Below the pieces are notes generated by a model. That model saw nothing but the letters and a program-made list of their open reading frames with translations. It was not told where the DNA came from and did not search any database. Position numbers and translations under genes: made by a program. From assembly GCA_000708835.1 (NCBI GenBank), contig DF236979.1:272208-336207 (forward strand): a stretch of 64,000 bases of DNA, read 5' to 3'. The stretch comes from Klebsormidium nitens. Taxonomy: Eukaryota > Plantae > Klebsormidiophyceae. Shown here piece by piece: positions 1 to 12,396 of this stretch (position 1 is its first letter; each line of letters starts with the position of its first letter).

Positions 1-164
1 CTCTCCTGCCAATCCATCTGTCCTCGGAAGAGCCGCTAACCCCTCTCCACGCAAACTTGCTGTAGGCAAGTGTAGTCACCTTTGGATCAGATGGAGGGAT
101 AGCAAACAAGAACTTTGCATAGCACGGACCACTCAATGTTTGCACGGACCGCCGCCAACCGGCG

Positions 165-3100
165 ATGCTGACCGGGTCCGGCAAGAAAGTCGAGCGGCGC
201 TCCGCAAACGGCGACGTCGGCGCCGGGAGCGTGCGCAGGAAGCGAGCGTTCCTGTGGCGCAACGAGAAGGGCCAAGTGCGACTCGGGCTCGGAAACCTGC
301 TCAGCCTGTTGGCGGGGGTCGTGTTTGCGTGGCTCTGGGTGGCGCTGAGCAGTCAGCACTGCGGGCCGGGGGGTTTGAATGTGCTGCTCGGTCCAGCGGA
401 GGAGATCGAGGACGCGCTCTGGGCGGAGGGGGAGCGGGCGGCGCTCGAGATCCATGCGAAGCTGGCGGCCGGGGGTTCGTTCGAGCTCCGGTTGACAGGT
501 TGGGACGTTGTCACGTTGCAGGAGTAGACTGATAGGCTTTCATTCGCGTTGTTTGCGTACTGTCAGAGTCAGCATCTGAGACGGCCCGACATGCACTTTC
601 TGACGCACATCTTTGCCTCTAAAGATGAGCCACATCAGGTTGCGTTGGATAACATGATAGGATCGAAATGCTTCCAGTCTCCCGAACATTGTTGGCCCTC
701 ATCAAGGCGTGCATACAGATAGTTTGACAGTTGCCCTTTTCGGTGTGTGATCATACCTTATCATGATCATTTTGAGGCTTCATTGGCCAATTTACTTTCT
801 CATGACTCTCGTGTCAGAATCAACACGAATCACCTTTTGCAGTGAACGTTCCTCGGCTTGGGTCAGCGAATGCCTTGTCCTCGGCCTCGGGCCAATTGTT
901 GGCTGTTCCTTTCAGTCAAAGCTCCCCGCACCTAGAAGCTTTCAGTGGCGACAGACCTTACTGTAGTTGCCAATATCATGAGTGCTGTCTAAGCCGCCAA
1001 TGCTCTTCCCCCCTTTCCCATGCAGGATCCAATGCCACCGCTAGCGACGGCTCCTCCGACCCTCCCGACCTCTCGGCCTGGCCGGACCCCGACGAATGGC
1101 CCCCGGAGCCCGACACCGAAGCCGAGCTCATCTACCCCCCCCCACACCCAAAGACTGACGTCCCGAATCTCTCCTTCGAGATGTCGGTCAGCTGGGATAG
1201 CTGGGAAGACGCGTTCGACTTGCTGCGCCTATGGTGGCGTCCGAACGAGCTAGTCGGACACGTGTGGATGCCGCCGCCGTCCGATTTGGACTTGCGTCCG
1301 GGTGAGAAGCACCGGATGCCGGATGGCGACCCGGAGCTGCCCGAGGTCCGGCTGTCGGAGCGGGTCAAGGGGCAATTCGAGTACACGCACCCGATGGGGG
1401 GCCGCGCGATGGTGGGCATTGCGCGGATCGTGAAGGTGAGACGCGTGCTCCATAAACTCCTAGGTTCCGCATCGTTTGATCTTTCTCTGAAACTGATGAG
1501 AATCTGATAGGCTGCAAGGCGGGTAGATCCCAATCAAGAAAAACGCCACCCAATGGGGGATCCGATGTCCGGCTGTGCAAGGTTCTGGAAGGCTGGACCA
1601 GTTGACCATTCTTTGCAGCGGGTTGAGGAATGGGTCAGTCTCGAGCGTGTGGATGGTTGTCAAAGCCAAGGTCTAATTCGGTCTTTTTGAGAGCCGCTTG
1701 TAGGACGTCCTCTCTTCTAAGGATGGTCCGCTTGAAACCTTGTCTTTAAAAAACTCGTCAAGCGGAAGTCCAATCGCTGCTGCCTCCCATCCGACATTCG
1801 ATGCGTATGGCTGCGACTTTGAAGGCGCTATAACGGGGCAATACCGGACAAACGATCTCTTAGAACTGCCTTCTCCGGTATTCTCCGGTGAAACGGACGA
1901 TAATATCTTGTAGGAGCCTTCTGACAACCGGTCTTCCGCATCCTACCTGTGCAGGAAGCGTACATGTTGAGTGGGGACGAAGTGCACTGGTTCGTGCTGG
2001 GGAATGAGGACACGCTGTTTGCGCCGGACAACCTTGCGAGAGTATTGTCCAAGTACGATCACAGGTGAGGCCGGCTTCGGCCGCTGGCCGGAGTGTCTGA
2101 CGGCAATCCGGGCTGCGTTGTAGCGAGACTGTTCATGCACTGTCCGAGGAACGCGCATCTGGCGAACGTTTACCAATTGCGCCACACAAAAGTTTGTCAA
2201 AAGCAACCCTTCGAGACGAGAAGACGGTTGATCATGCCCTGTGCGCTTTCAGTCCTTGGGCATATCACGTCAGCAACTGGCAAAGTCACGTCAACTCATT
2301 CTGTAAATCTAGGTCGTAACACCCCGCCCGATTGCTGTTCCCACGAACTCAAAAATAATTGGCGCGCCACACAACACGGCTCACCAGAGTCTTGGCCAAG
2401 TCTAACCTAGCAAGCTGATTGGCAGCGACTGATGCTGTGACCTCCTGAAACCTTTTAAGTCTCCGAATGTGAAAAGTGAAACGTAATTTCTGCCTGATCT
2501 TTCTTAGGGAAATTTGGTATATCGGCGCTCCGTCCGAGACGCACCACTAGGAGTTTGGTACATTCCCAGATTCCGTCAGTTCCGGAACCTCAATGATCCC
2601 TAAGTTCGACCAAACCCCAAAAGTCCACTCATTATTTCCTCCAGGGAGCTCTGGTACATTGGCGCGCCGTCCGAGGCGCACCACCAGAACGTGGTGCACT
2701 CGTTTAGTCTCACCACCAGAGCTCCCGGTACTTCTCCATCTAGCAAGCTCAACCAGACCTTGATGACAGGCACCAAATGTCGGAAATTTCTAGACCTCTC
2801 GAACGCTAAAACTTCGCTCGCTCGTTCTTCCAGGGAGCTCTGGTACATTGGCGCGCCGTCCCTGACGCACCAGCAAACTCATTGGCCACAATCTCTTCAG
2901 AAAGCGCCCTCAAAACTTGCTACTTTCCGAACCTCTGGAACTCCGAAGTATCTTAACCTGTCCGAACCCTGAGACCCCGCTCATTATCTCCTTCAGGGAG
3001 CTCTGGTACATTGGCGCGCCGTCCGAGACGCACCACCAGAACGTGGTGCACTCGTTTGGGCTCGCGTACACGGGGGGGGGCTTTGCCGTCAGCTGGGGGC

Positions 3101-5061
3101 TGGCCCGGGCTTTGGCGCACACGTTGGACGACTGCTTGCAGCGGTACCCGGAGCTGTACGGGAGCGGCTCGCGAGTGCAGGCGTGCATCTCGGAACTGGG
3201 GGTGCAGGTAAGCCATCCCCCGCGGCTTTGTGTCACGTATTCTATTTTACGGGTTGCAGTTCTTTGAATCCGTGTACAATATGAGGCTTTCTTTGCGCAT
3301 GTGGCGCAGCTTTGGTTGAGTACGTTTCTCGCTGGGCGTCTGAGGCTTTTCGTTCTGCTCAATTTCTAAGAAGCCACAAGGAGAACGAGAGACGGTGGTC
3401 CGCAGTGCCCAAACTGGTCGGAAGTCTGGTATGGCCAGACCATTATCAAGTGACCGGCTTTTTTGCCACTGCCTGTTTTAGGATTGCAATTGTGTCCGTT
3501 GAACCAGCGCTTCAAGCTCTTTTTCCATCGCGTTCTTAGGTCGGAACGTAGTCACGTTATGTGACTTCCGTCACGTTGCCTGGTCACGTTGAAATACGAA
3601 CTTTTGAAGTGCCTGCAAGAACGATCTATCTTTTCGTAGTTGAATGAGCTACCTTTCCTTCATACCTATCGCCTCTTTCCGCTTAGAGCTTTTATCTCAT
3701 ACTGGCTCAGTCGAACCCAATCACCGTCCATTCATTCTCTCCTCAGGTCACCCAGGAATCGGGCTTCCACCAGTTTGACCTCATCGGGAGCCTCGCGGGC
3801 GCGCTCGAGTCCCACCCCCTCACGCCCTTCCTGGGCATGCGCTACGTGGCGGCCTCCCATTCGCTTGCGGCCAAAGAGAGCACGCCCAAAATGCTCCGCC
3901 GGATCGCACAGTTTGCCCTGGCGCAACCGCTCGAGTTTCTGCAGCAGTCCATCTGCGTCGACTCATCCCGCAACTGGTCGATCTCCATTGCGTGGGGGTT
4001 TTCCGTCCGGTGGTATCCGGTTCCGGTCCGGCCGGTGGAACTAGAGGCGGCGAGGCGGACGTTCGTGTCGTGGACGCGGCAGCGGGACCCGGAGGTGTTC
4101 GACTTCGACACGCGGGCGACGACGCTGCTCTGGTCGCGCGCGCCGGCGGTTTTTCAGGTGCTGTGATTGTCTTCTTCTTCTGCTCCCTCCAACGATGTAT
4201 GAAAGGTCTCCCTTAGTTACTGTCAGGACTCATGCTTCTCGTGCTTTGTCAGGAGTTTGCACAATAATCGCGGTTGATATCAATGACAGATTCTGCCCTA
4301 TCAATGCAAATCTGCCGCGATCCTTTTCTGCACTATTTCTGCTTCAAGGTCCGCTTATCTCACGACTTGGCAGGTTTGTTACGCGACCAGCATTGAGCGA
4401 TCCGAAGGGTCGAAGCTGGGGTCTTGCCATCTGACGGTTTCTGGCCGATCCTGAGCGCTTGCCTGTCAATCAATTGACACTCGTATGTGTGCATTTCGAC
4501 TCAGGACGTATCCTTTGGATCGTTGTACAGGCGGTCAGTGTGTTTCAACGGATCGAGGACGGGGAGGTGTGGCTGGAGAGCCTGTACCGGCGGGTACCAA
4601 CCGGGAGGGCCTTGAGCGTTTCCAAGCTGAAACGCATGGCGGCCAAAAAGCACAACGTTACGGCGGAGTGGTTCGGGCGGAGACGGAAACGGAGGAAACG
4701 GGCGGCCGGCGATCCGTTGGGGGCGGACTCGAGCGAAAACGACGAGGCGGGGGAAAGCTTAGGCCTTACGAAGTTGACGGGCGTGCTGCGGGATCGGAAA
4801 GGTGGCGTAGGGAGGAGTTTGCAGGCGCAGGCGACGCAAGGGCTTGCGTATGGGCGAGAGCCGAAGCAGTCTGTAGATGTGATTAGGGTGTTGAAGCCGC
4901 CGTTCGACGAGGACTGGGTGTGGTATCCGCGGCGGTCTTGTTGCAAGTCGCTGACGTTCCTCGAAGACGATACGGTTGCGGAGATTCGGCTAGGTCCATG
5001 TACGATAGACGAGACGATATGGAAAGATAGCATCGTGGCTGAAGGCGCTAGCTTCAGCTGA
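165..5061 (+). CDS. DUF604 / Fringe-like (GT31-related) glycosyltransferase, type II membrane protein, 6 exons
   Basis: Phase-consistent exons 165-498, 1026-1435, 1955-2064, 2997-3207, 3747-4157, 4531-5061. N-terminal TM segment (LLSLLAGVVFAWLWVAL), then the plant DUF604 motifs LWWRP, WFVLGNEDTLF..NLARVLSKYDH, WYIGAPSE.H.QN...F..AYTGGGFAVS, CLQRYPELYGS..RVQACISELG, GFHQFD, QQSICVD..RNWSISIAWG. Confidence 0.9.
2495..2875 (+). repeat. Three intronic decayed copies of the 3' splice site plus 5' end of DUF604 exon 4
   Basis: Acceptor AG plus GGAGCTCTGGTACATTGGCGCGCCGTCC-like sequence starts at 2508, 2645 and 2834; the real exon starts at 2997. Upstream intron sequence is also duplicated. Confidence 0.92.
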
Positions 5062-6309
5062 TCTGATTGAGTGCACTCGTCGAGAGCCTTGCGCAATGAT
5101 CTTTCAAGCTTTTCGAGCTTAGGTATTCTGAACACGGAGTCATGATATCAAGTGGGTCTTGACCGATGAGTACTTTTACCTCACGGTGACAGTCAAAGTT
5201 CTGCAGTCGCAATTTCGACCGTTATGTCTGCCGGATGTCCTATCAAAACCGCGGAAGCCTAGGTACCTTCTGTCGAACTTCGTTTGTTGCAAAGCCGAGC
5301 TCACAAGTACGACCTACCTAATTCCATTGCCAAGTCGAGAAAATTGAGGGACCCATGCTCATTCTGACCTAGCTGCCCTTGCGGTATGTATTCAATACTT
5401 GGGACCTAGAATTTCTTAAGATTCAGCGGTTTCACACGCACTTTCATGGACAAAGACGACTGATCAGTGTACAAGGATCATGAAGGCTTGGCGGCATGGA
5501 AGCTGCCACCTTCGGAGTCCAAGCATGTGTGCTTTTAGGTAACAGATCAGCCAAGTCAGGCCATGTGCACACGAAAATGGGACAAAAAAACACACAATGT
5601 TGTTGAGCAACTGATCATGCTCCGATCTATTGTTCTGAGCAACAATCTTCTAAGGCCTCTTGGCCGGGTCTTGGCCATTCATTTGTCGGCGCCAGATGAT
5701 TGCTTATGCCAGCCATGACACCGTGACTGCCGGGCCTAGGTATTGGCTAATGCTCAGGGAGTCGCCATTCATTGGGCTTAGTAGTTGAGTTCTAGCTATT
5801 TTTTAAGATAACGTATGGAAGCAGATAGCTCGAGGCCACAGGCATGGCGAAGTCACCTCACTGAAGGTGCTGTTTGACTGTCATATGCGGCACGTCTCAA
5901 AAGTGGAACAGGGAAACAGGGCCAGGATCAGACCACATCATTCCATACCGGATCTAGGGTGGATCTATAGGTACAGTATCCTAGGTATGCTGCCAGCATG
6001 CACTCCATGATGACTTCAATGAGGCACCGGGCCTGATCGACCACCATGGATGGTGCACCCTCAAATGAGCCTGCTTATCGAACGGTCGAATTTTGCTGGC
6101 CATAGTGTCGAAACCAGTGTCTCGAATCGTCGATTTGCAAAATGTGCAGATGGACGGCTGCAGCGATTTGGTTTCACAACGATGCAGGGCTGTGGGATTT
6201 CTCGTGCACAGCTTTTCAGGGCTGCACGATCTGTTCCGAAGTTCCTTTCTAGCGAAGCCTGAAGGGCTCGAGCTTGCGCTTTGGTTCTTTTTCAGAGCAT
6301 ACCGATCTG

Positions 6310-9300
6310 ATGGGGGGCAAGAACAAGAAGAAGGCGCGGAATGGGGGCCCATCAGCCAGCGAGGGCGCCAACCATGACGTGACCAGCCCTCCCCAATCAC
6401 CGGAATCCGCTGAAACTCTGGCAAGCTCAAAAACGGTGGAAAGTCCAGAAGGTGCTACTGCAGCAAAGAAACCCGATCCTGCAACAGGGATTGAGGGCGC
6501 GGTGATCGAGAAACCCTTAGGGCAAAGCGGGAATGCTAAGGAGGGCAATGGCAAAAGCAAAAAGGTCCAGGACGATCTTCGGAATCTGAAATCAAATGGG
6601 GCCGTGGACATGAGTGAGGAAGATGCTGCGGATGGTGATCCATCAATAGAGCAAGTAAGATCCCAAAATCGCTTTAGGTTCTTTGGTCTGCTTGCTGTAT
6701 ACGGAAGCACTTGTGTGGATCTTTGTTGCCTTTTCCAGACACGCGTCATTGGACTTGTTGGAACCAAGCTAGAACAGTCCTAATGCTGCTACAATGGATC
6801 AGGGATCTAGACATAAGTTGCTCTTCCGAGATTAGTTCTTTCAGGCGACCATCACATGCTTGCCTTTCGTCAGGCTGCAGTGAAGTGTACATACAGAAAC
6901 CTCGCTGCCTAGATCAACTTGTCTCTGATAATCTGGCCTTGCCTGCATGTTTGTCATCATGCAATGTACTTTACTGGCGCAGGTGGATAGTAGCATCTCG
7001 CAAGTGGTCATGACAAGCATCTGTCCTTTATTTGCAACAGTCTGGCTCGAGGGTTACGTTTGGTAGATCATTAACTTGGTGAATCTTGTCTGATGATGGG
7101 TTTCTTTTTCATGAAGGTGGGATCTTTCTTATGGGTGGAATGTTTTATGGTGGTGGCTTACTCTTTTCTAACAGTGATGTACTCTCTTATGACGGTGGTG
7201 GTAGATTGCTCTTTTCTGACAGTGGTATACTGTCTTATGATGGTGGAGTATTTTCTAATGATGGTGACTTCTCAACAATGGTGGTATACGCTCTCATGTT
7301 GTCTTTTCTGGTCTTCAGGTCCTTTCTGCTGTCCAGTCAGAGAAGAAGAGTCTGGCAGACAAGCTGGCAATCCTAGAAAAGGAGCTCCAGGGCAGCAGGG
7401 ATGGGGCTAATGCAGCTGCCGAAAAGTCTCGAGCGGCAGCAACGAAGGAAGTTGCTTCTTTGAAGTCGCTTCAAGGAGAGCTTCAGCGCCAGATAGAAGA
7501 GCTGCAAGCGAGGTAAGTGTCCTTAGATTGGACGGCAGCATGTTTGTGACAGATGATCGTTAGATGCACACGTTTTTAGAGCATCATTTCGTCAATCCTC
7601 AGGGGTTTAGCGTCGTTCGCCTACATCACTTGTTGTCCTTTTCCGCCGTTGCTTTTCCTCGCTTCCCTTGTCCTGACAAATGTGGCAGAGGCATGGTTTT
7701 TCTATGATGGGAGTATCTGGAGGCTGCCGAGCTGATGTCAAGCCCAAGGCTACGTCATGTAAAGTAGCTCATGCTGAGAATGCACGAAAGATGGTGGTTT
7801 GCTCTGACAATCCTTCAATACTGTACACCTGGCTTTGATTGAGGTGGAGATACAGCTCTGCTGCGACACACAGAACTCTCCCCCTGTACTGACTGCGAAA
7901 CGAGTCAGATCTGAGCTTCAGGTATCTCAGGAAGGACAGCGCTGACAAAGCATTGGTGGTATGCATAAGAGCAATTCTGCTGATACTTAGTCCCCAATGT
8001 GTTGTTTCTCCAGTACAAAGTTCCTGCAAGCGGAAAAGGCTGCCGCAGAGAAGGCTCGGCAGGGCCTGGAGGGGGGCAAGAAGGCGGCGGATGAGAAAGT
8101 GAAGGATCTGGAGAAACGAGTGGAGGTAAGCGATCATTCGCTCGAGACTCTGCTCAATCTTTTCTGTCAGCTGCAAGTGGTGGCGTTGAATTCCAAGGTC
8201 TCTCAATGTTGGGCAATGCAAGGTTGAGACTTTCAGATGTTGGGGGTTATGCCTGGAAAGCGACCTCATCTAGTCAGACCTTTCAAGGACTCCTAAGGTT
8301 TCTCTTCAAAGCTTTTGACGGGCACTCTCTTTAGTCAGAAGGTCTTGATCGAGAGTCACGAAATCCAACAAGCCACCGTAGGCAAATAACTGTCGACTTT
8401 GGGACGCAAGATCCCATGTATTTCGTTCCTCCAAGAGGGAAGGTCGTTGCTTTCTGAGCTCCAACATCTGCAGGCGAGGAGAAAGATGACTCCCTCTCTT
8501 GCAGGACGCTCAGAAGTCCAAAGAGGCCGCGGAAAAGAAGGCCAAAACGCAAGCAGAGGAGAAGGTCAAGCTGGACAAGAAGATCGAGGAAGCCAACGGC
8601 AAGTTGAAATCTTTGGAGGAGTCACTCGCCAAGACCAAGTCGAGCCTCACAGCTGCAGAGGCCTCGAAAGCCAAAGCAGAAGAGAAGCTGACTACTGAGA
8701 AGAAGGCCCTGGAAGGCAAGTTGGCCGGGCTGCAGAAGGCCCGGGAGGAGGCCGATTCTAAAACGGCGCAGGCGAAGAAGAAGAACGATGACCTCGCGGC
8801 AAAGGTAGCGGCGCTCGAGGAGGAGAAAGCCGCGACCGACGCTGACGTCAGCAAGCTCGCGAGGGAGAAGGGCGACCTGGACCTGTGGTGCGCGTCGCTG
8901 CAGCGGCGCTCAGAGGAGCTCCAGAAGCGGTCGGAACAGCTGGAGGCCAGTCTGCGGACGACGGAGGAGAGGCTTGGCAAAGCGGAGGAGCAGATCAAGA
9001 CGTATGCGGAGACGCTGGCCGAATTCGAGAGGCGCGTGGGGGATCTGGATGGCAGGATCGACGTGCTGAGGAAGGAGAAGGAGGAACTAGAGGCGAGAGG
9101 GAAGGCGCAGAAAGGGGAGGCGGAAGCACTGGCGGAGGCGAAAGGAGAGCTTGAAAAGAAGGTGAGAGCGTTGGAAGGGGAGAAAGCGGCGCTTGAGAAG
9201 GAGAAAGCGGCGCTTGGAAAAGAAAAAGGGGCGGCTGAGACGAAGGCCAAGGGGTTGGAATCCGAGAAGCAGAAGGTGGAGACACTTTCCAAGCAGAAAG

Positions 9301-11290
9301 AGGGGTTGGAAAAGAAAGCGGGCGCTTTGGAAGGAGAAAAGGCGGCGCTCGCGAAAGAGAAGGGCGCGCTCGAGGCCGCAAAGCAGAAGCTAGAGAGGGA
9401 GGCGCAGGCGGCGGCCAAGCAGAAGGAAGCGCTGGAGGGGCGGGCAATTGTGCTGGAGAGAGAGAAAAGTGCGCTCGAAGCTGCGAAGCAGAAACTAGAA
9501 AGGGAAGCGCAGGCGGACACCAAGCAGAAGGAGGCGCTTGATGGGCGAGTAAATGCGCTGGAAAACGAGNNNNNNNNNNNNNNNNNNNNNNNNNNNNNNN
9601 NNNNNNNNNNNNNNNNNNNNNNAGACGCTGAACAAGCTGAAGGAAGCACTGGAGGGGCGAGTAAAAGCGGTGGAGAAAGAAAAAGCGGCGTTTGAGAAGG
9701 CAGCAGGGGAACGAGAGAAAGCTGCAGGAGATAAGGCAAAGGCGCTTAATGCGGAGAAGCAAAAGCTGGCGAAGGATCTGAGCGTCAAAAGTGCTGAAGC
9801 GGAGAAGCTGCGGGCAGTGCAAGGGGAGTCGGAAACGGCGAAAGAAGCGCTTCGGACGGATCTGCTGAAGTTGCGGGAGGAGAGTGCGGCGAGGTTGACA
9901 GCGGCAGAGGGAAAAGCGGGAGACGCTGCGGCGAGGGCGAAAAAAGAGAGGGAGGCACTGGAGGTGCAATTGCAGAAAAAGGTGAGAGCTTGGAACAGGT
10001 GTAGAGAAAGTACGGCAGGTAGCAGATTTAAACTAGTGCCCTCCTCTTCCTTACGAGCCAAAAAGGTAAATAGGTTGTTATCGAAGAAACTGTGAGGGTG
10101 CCCTCTTATGCACTCGTTCTTTAAGCTGCTATATCCAGGCGTTCAGTGCACGTTTGTGTCTTCGACCCTGGTCCAGCTGTTCAGTGGAATTGAGCTCTGC
10201 CGATACGGGGCTCTTGCGTCCACCAATTTTCTTGGTCTCCCAAGTCTTGACACTCATAGGTAGCGATAAACGGTTCATGCACTTCACTTGGCTGACTTTT
10301 CCTGCTTGGTCGTTCTAAAGCGATGGCAGTGACTAATACTCGACAGAGATTCAAAGCTGGCTCTGTTTCATATCCGACTACGTCAGCGGATAGATTGGAC
10401 CAGCAGGGATCTTTTCGAGGTCACTGGATTTCCTCTGAGCAAGCATATACACGCGGTAGAATATTTTATCTGACATTTTGAACGTCCTGCGGACATGCTG
10501 GCGGCAAGCCCCTCAGAAACCTCCAAACATGGTTCTCGCTCGGACCCGTACGTCGACCTTCCTCTCGGATTCGGCTTGTTGACGTCATCACTCCCTTGTC
10601 GCAGGAGGAAGAACTAGGCGCGGCGCTGCGTGCGGCCGATGGCCTCAAAAAAGAAAGCCGCGAGTGGGCTGAGGAGAAGCTAGATTTACTGCGATCGCTG
10701 ACGGAAGTGCGCAGCAAGGAGAGCGGCCTGGCACGGGAACTAGAGAGAACCAAGGAGGTGGTGCGGTCTCAGGTGAGCCACGTGGCACCTTTTCAAACCT
10801 TTTCCTTATATGCGTAGAAACAAGGCTTTGCGGAATGCTTTTGACCGGGAAGGTAGGCACGTCTGGCATGTCTGCTTTGAAGGGGCCGTGAATGTGGCCT
10901 TACAACTTGGAATGCCGGTGTCAAAGAGTTGAAAGTTCGATGCTTACGCTGAGCGGAACCGAATCTGGACGGACTTTCTGAGACAGCTTCGAGGACCCAA
11001 TCTACTTGATGGAAGGTTTGCTCGCGGTTTGTCAGACCTTTGCTGCACCTCGACCGAATTGAGAACGAAACAGGGTCTCCAAAGGTAGAGACCAAGGAAA
11101 TGCGTGGGTACTCCACTTAAGCTACACAAGGTTTGACATTCAATCCTCATTTTGTGTGCAGATTGCGAACCGAAATGCGTTCCTAGAGTCGAGTTGGTCA
11201 CTGCCAGTACTGGCTGGGTCGAGTGCACTTGCGGGCAGTGTGGCAATGCTGGGGGCGCTATACTGGTTGCGTGCATCCAGATCATCATAA
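6310..11290 (+). CDS. Long coiled-coil protein with C-terminal tail anchor (PMD1/golgin-like architecture)
   Basis: Exons 6310-6654, 7337-7512, 8014-8125, 8505-9981 (contains N gap), 10605-10772, 11162-11290. K/E/A-rich heptads throughout. The last exon encodes SWSLPVLAGSSALAGSVAMLGALYWLRASRSS*, a single terminal TM helix with a short basic tail. Confidence 0.8.
7086..7300. repeat. Degenerate intronic low-complexity tandem repeat
   Basis: Recurrent T(T/C)TTATGA(T/C)GGTGG and TTTTCT(A/G)ACAGTG(A/G)T units in intron 1 of the coiled-coil gene. Confidence 0.55.
9570..9622. other. Assembly gap (53 N) inside the repetitive coiled-coil exon
   Basis: Run of n. The reading frame changes across it, so the gap length is only an estimate. 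Confidence 0.98.
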
Positions 11291-12312
11291 ACTCAGTCTA
11301 TATACACGTTTTCAGCGGATCAAATTCTCAGTTGAAAGGCCAGTATCGTCGATCGAGGATTAGTGAAAGTAGCATATGCAGAATCTTTGAAGTTCGTGCA
11401 CATAGGAAAGTCCGCAAGAGCTTAGATATAGCAGGGCACTACGGTATGTACTTGGAGGCTGTTTCCGGAAAGAGAAGGGAGTAGGAGGGCTGGATGGACC
11501 TAAAAAGTTGGACGCCTTTTACTTTTCAAGTGAAGGATGCCCTACTTTTTGAGTTTTCTGGTCGGACCGTCTCTTTGTTCAGGCTAGGACTCCTTCTTTG
11601 CTGAGAGTTACGAGCTGTCATAACGAGTTGCTCTCATCAATTAAAAATATAGCGGACTCCAGCCCTTTCACACTGGGGTCTTTTCGCGCACGAATGGAAT
11701 GCGCTGAATGTTGATTTCTTCCACAATGGAGTTGCATCTCAGCATAAGAGGACAACAGCTCGATTGTACACATTAGACCTTCGAAAAGTGTGCCACAACA
11801 ATGCTTAACGATCTACATCGTCTTGTTGAATAGATTGGCATACCGTCTCAATGACCAGTGCAGTGACTCACTTCACATGAAAATTGTCGCCAGCGCGCCA
11901 GCATGTATGGTAGGTGCAATATCTTGTTCAAGCGCCTGCCGTGCTTGGTCGATGGTCCCTTTTTGTAACGCCGTAGCCAGTGCGGCCATAGTCTCCTCAC
12001 GGCAAATACAAGTGTAGTGTTTGTTAGAAGGTGTGTGCTTCCATACATGAAACTACGACCGGACTGATCTTTAAAGAGGGCGTTTGAGTTGAAGTAGCCC
12101 ACGTGGCCGTCGCGGCGACCCTGATGTTGCAAAAATCCAGGTCAACGTCGCTGCAGCAGTGACGTCGTAAGATTTTTGCAGCGACCGAATCAGCGGTACC
12201 CTGTGGTTTCCAGTCGCTAATTTCAGATGCGGCTGAATACGCCTCCCGACGTTTCCGTATTTTAGCTTGTTCGTTTTGCCATGAGGAGCCTCTAGCTGCG
12301 TGCGAGCGTGCA

Positions 12313-12396
12313 TGGCCCCGCGCGGCCGCCACAAAGACAGCCGGCGACCGTCCGTCACGTCCGTCGTACGGTGTCGTGTGGCGGCCGTGGGGGCCA
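12313..12396. other. Long GC-rich imperfect hairpin (about 31 bp of stem), intergenic
   Basis: TGGCCCC..CGGCCGCCACA..GACA.CCG.CGAC pairs with GTCG..CGGTGTC.TGTGGCGGCCG..GGGGCCA around a 14-nt loop. Confidence 0.75.

Noticed and set aside
4545-5135. 196-aa minus-strand ORF
   Set aside because: It is antisense to the last DUF604 exon and has no recognisable domain.
9553-9695. Apparent frameshift or pseudogenisation in the coiled-coil gene
   Set aside because: It coincides with a 53-N gap of estimated length inside a tandem repeat.
8510-10061. Long minus-strand ORFs (409, 324 and 188 aa)
   Set aside because: They are antisense shadows of the low-complexity coiled-coil exon.
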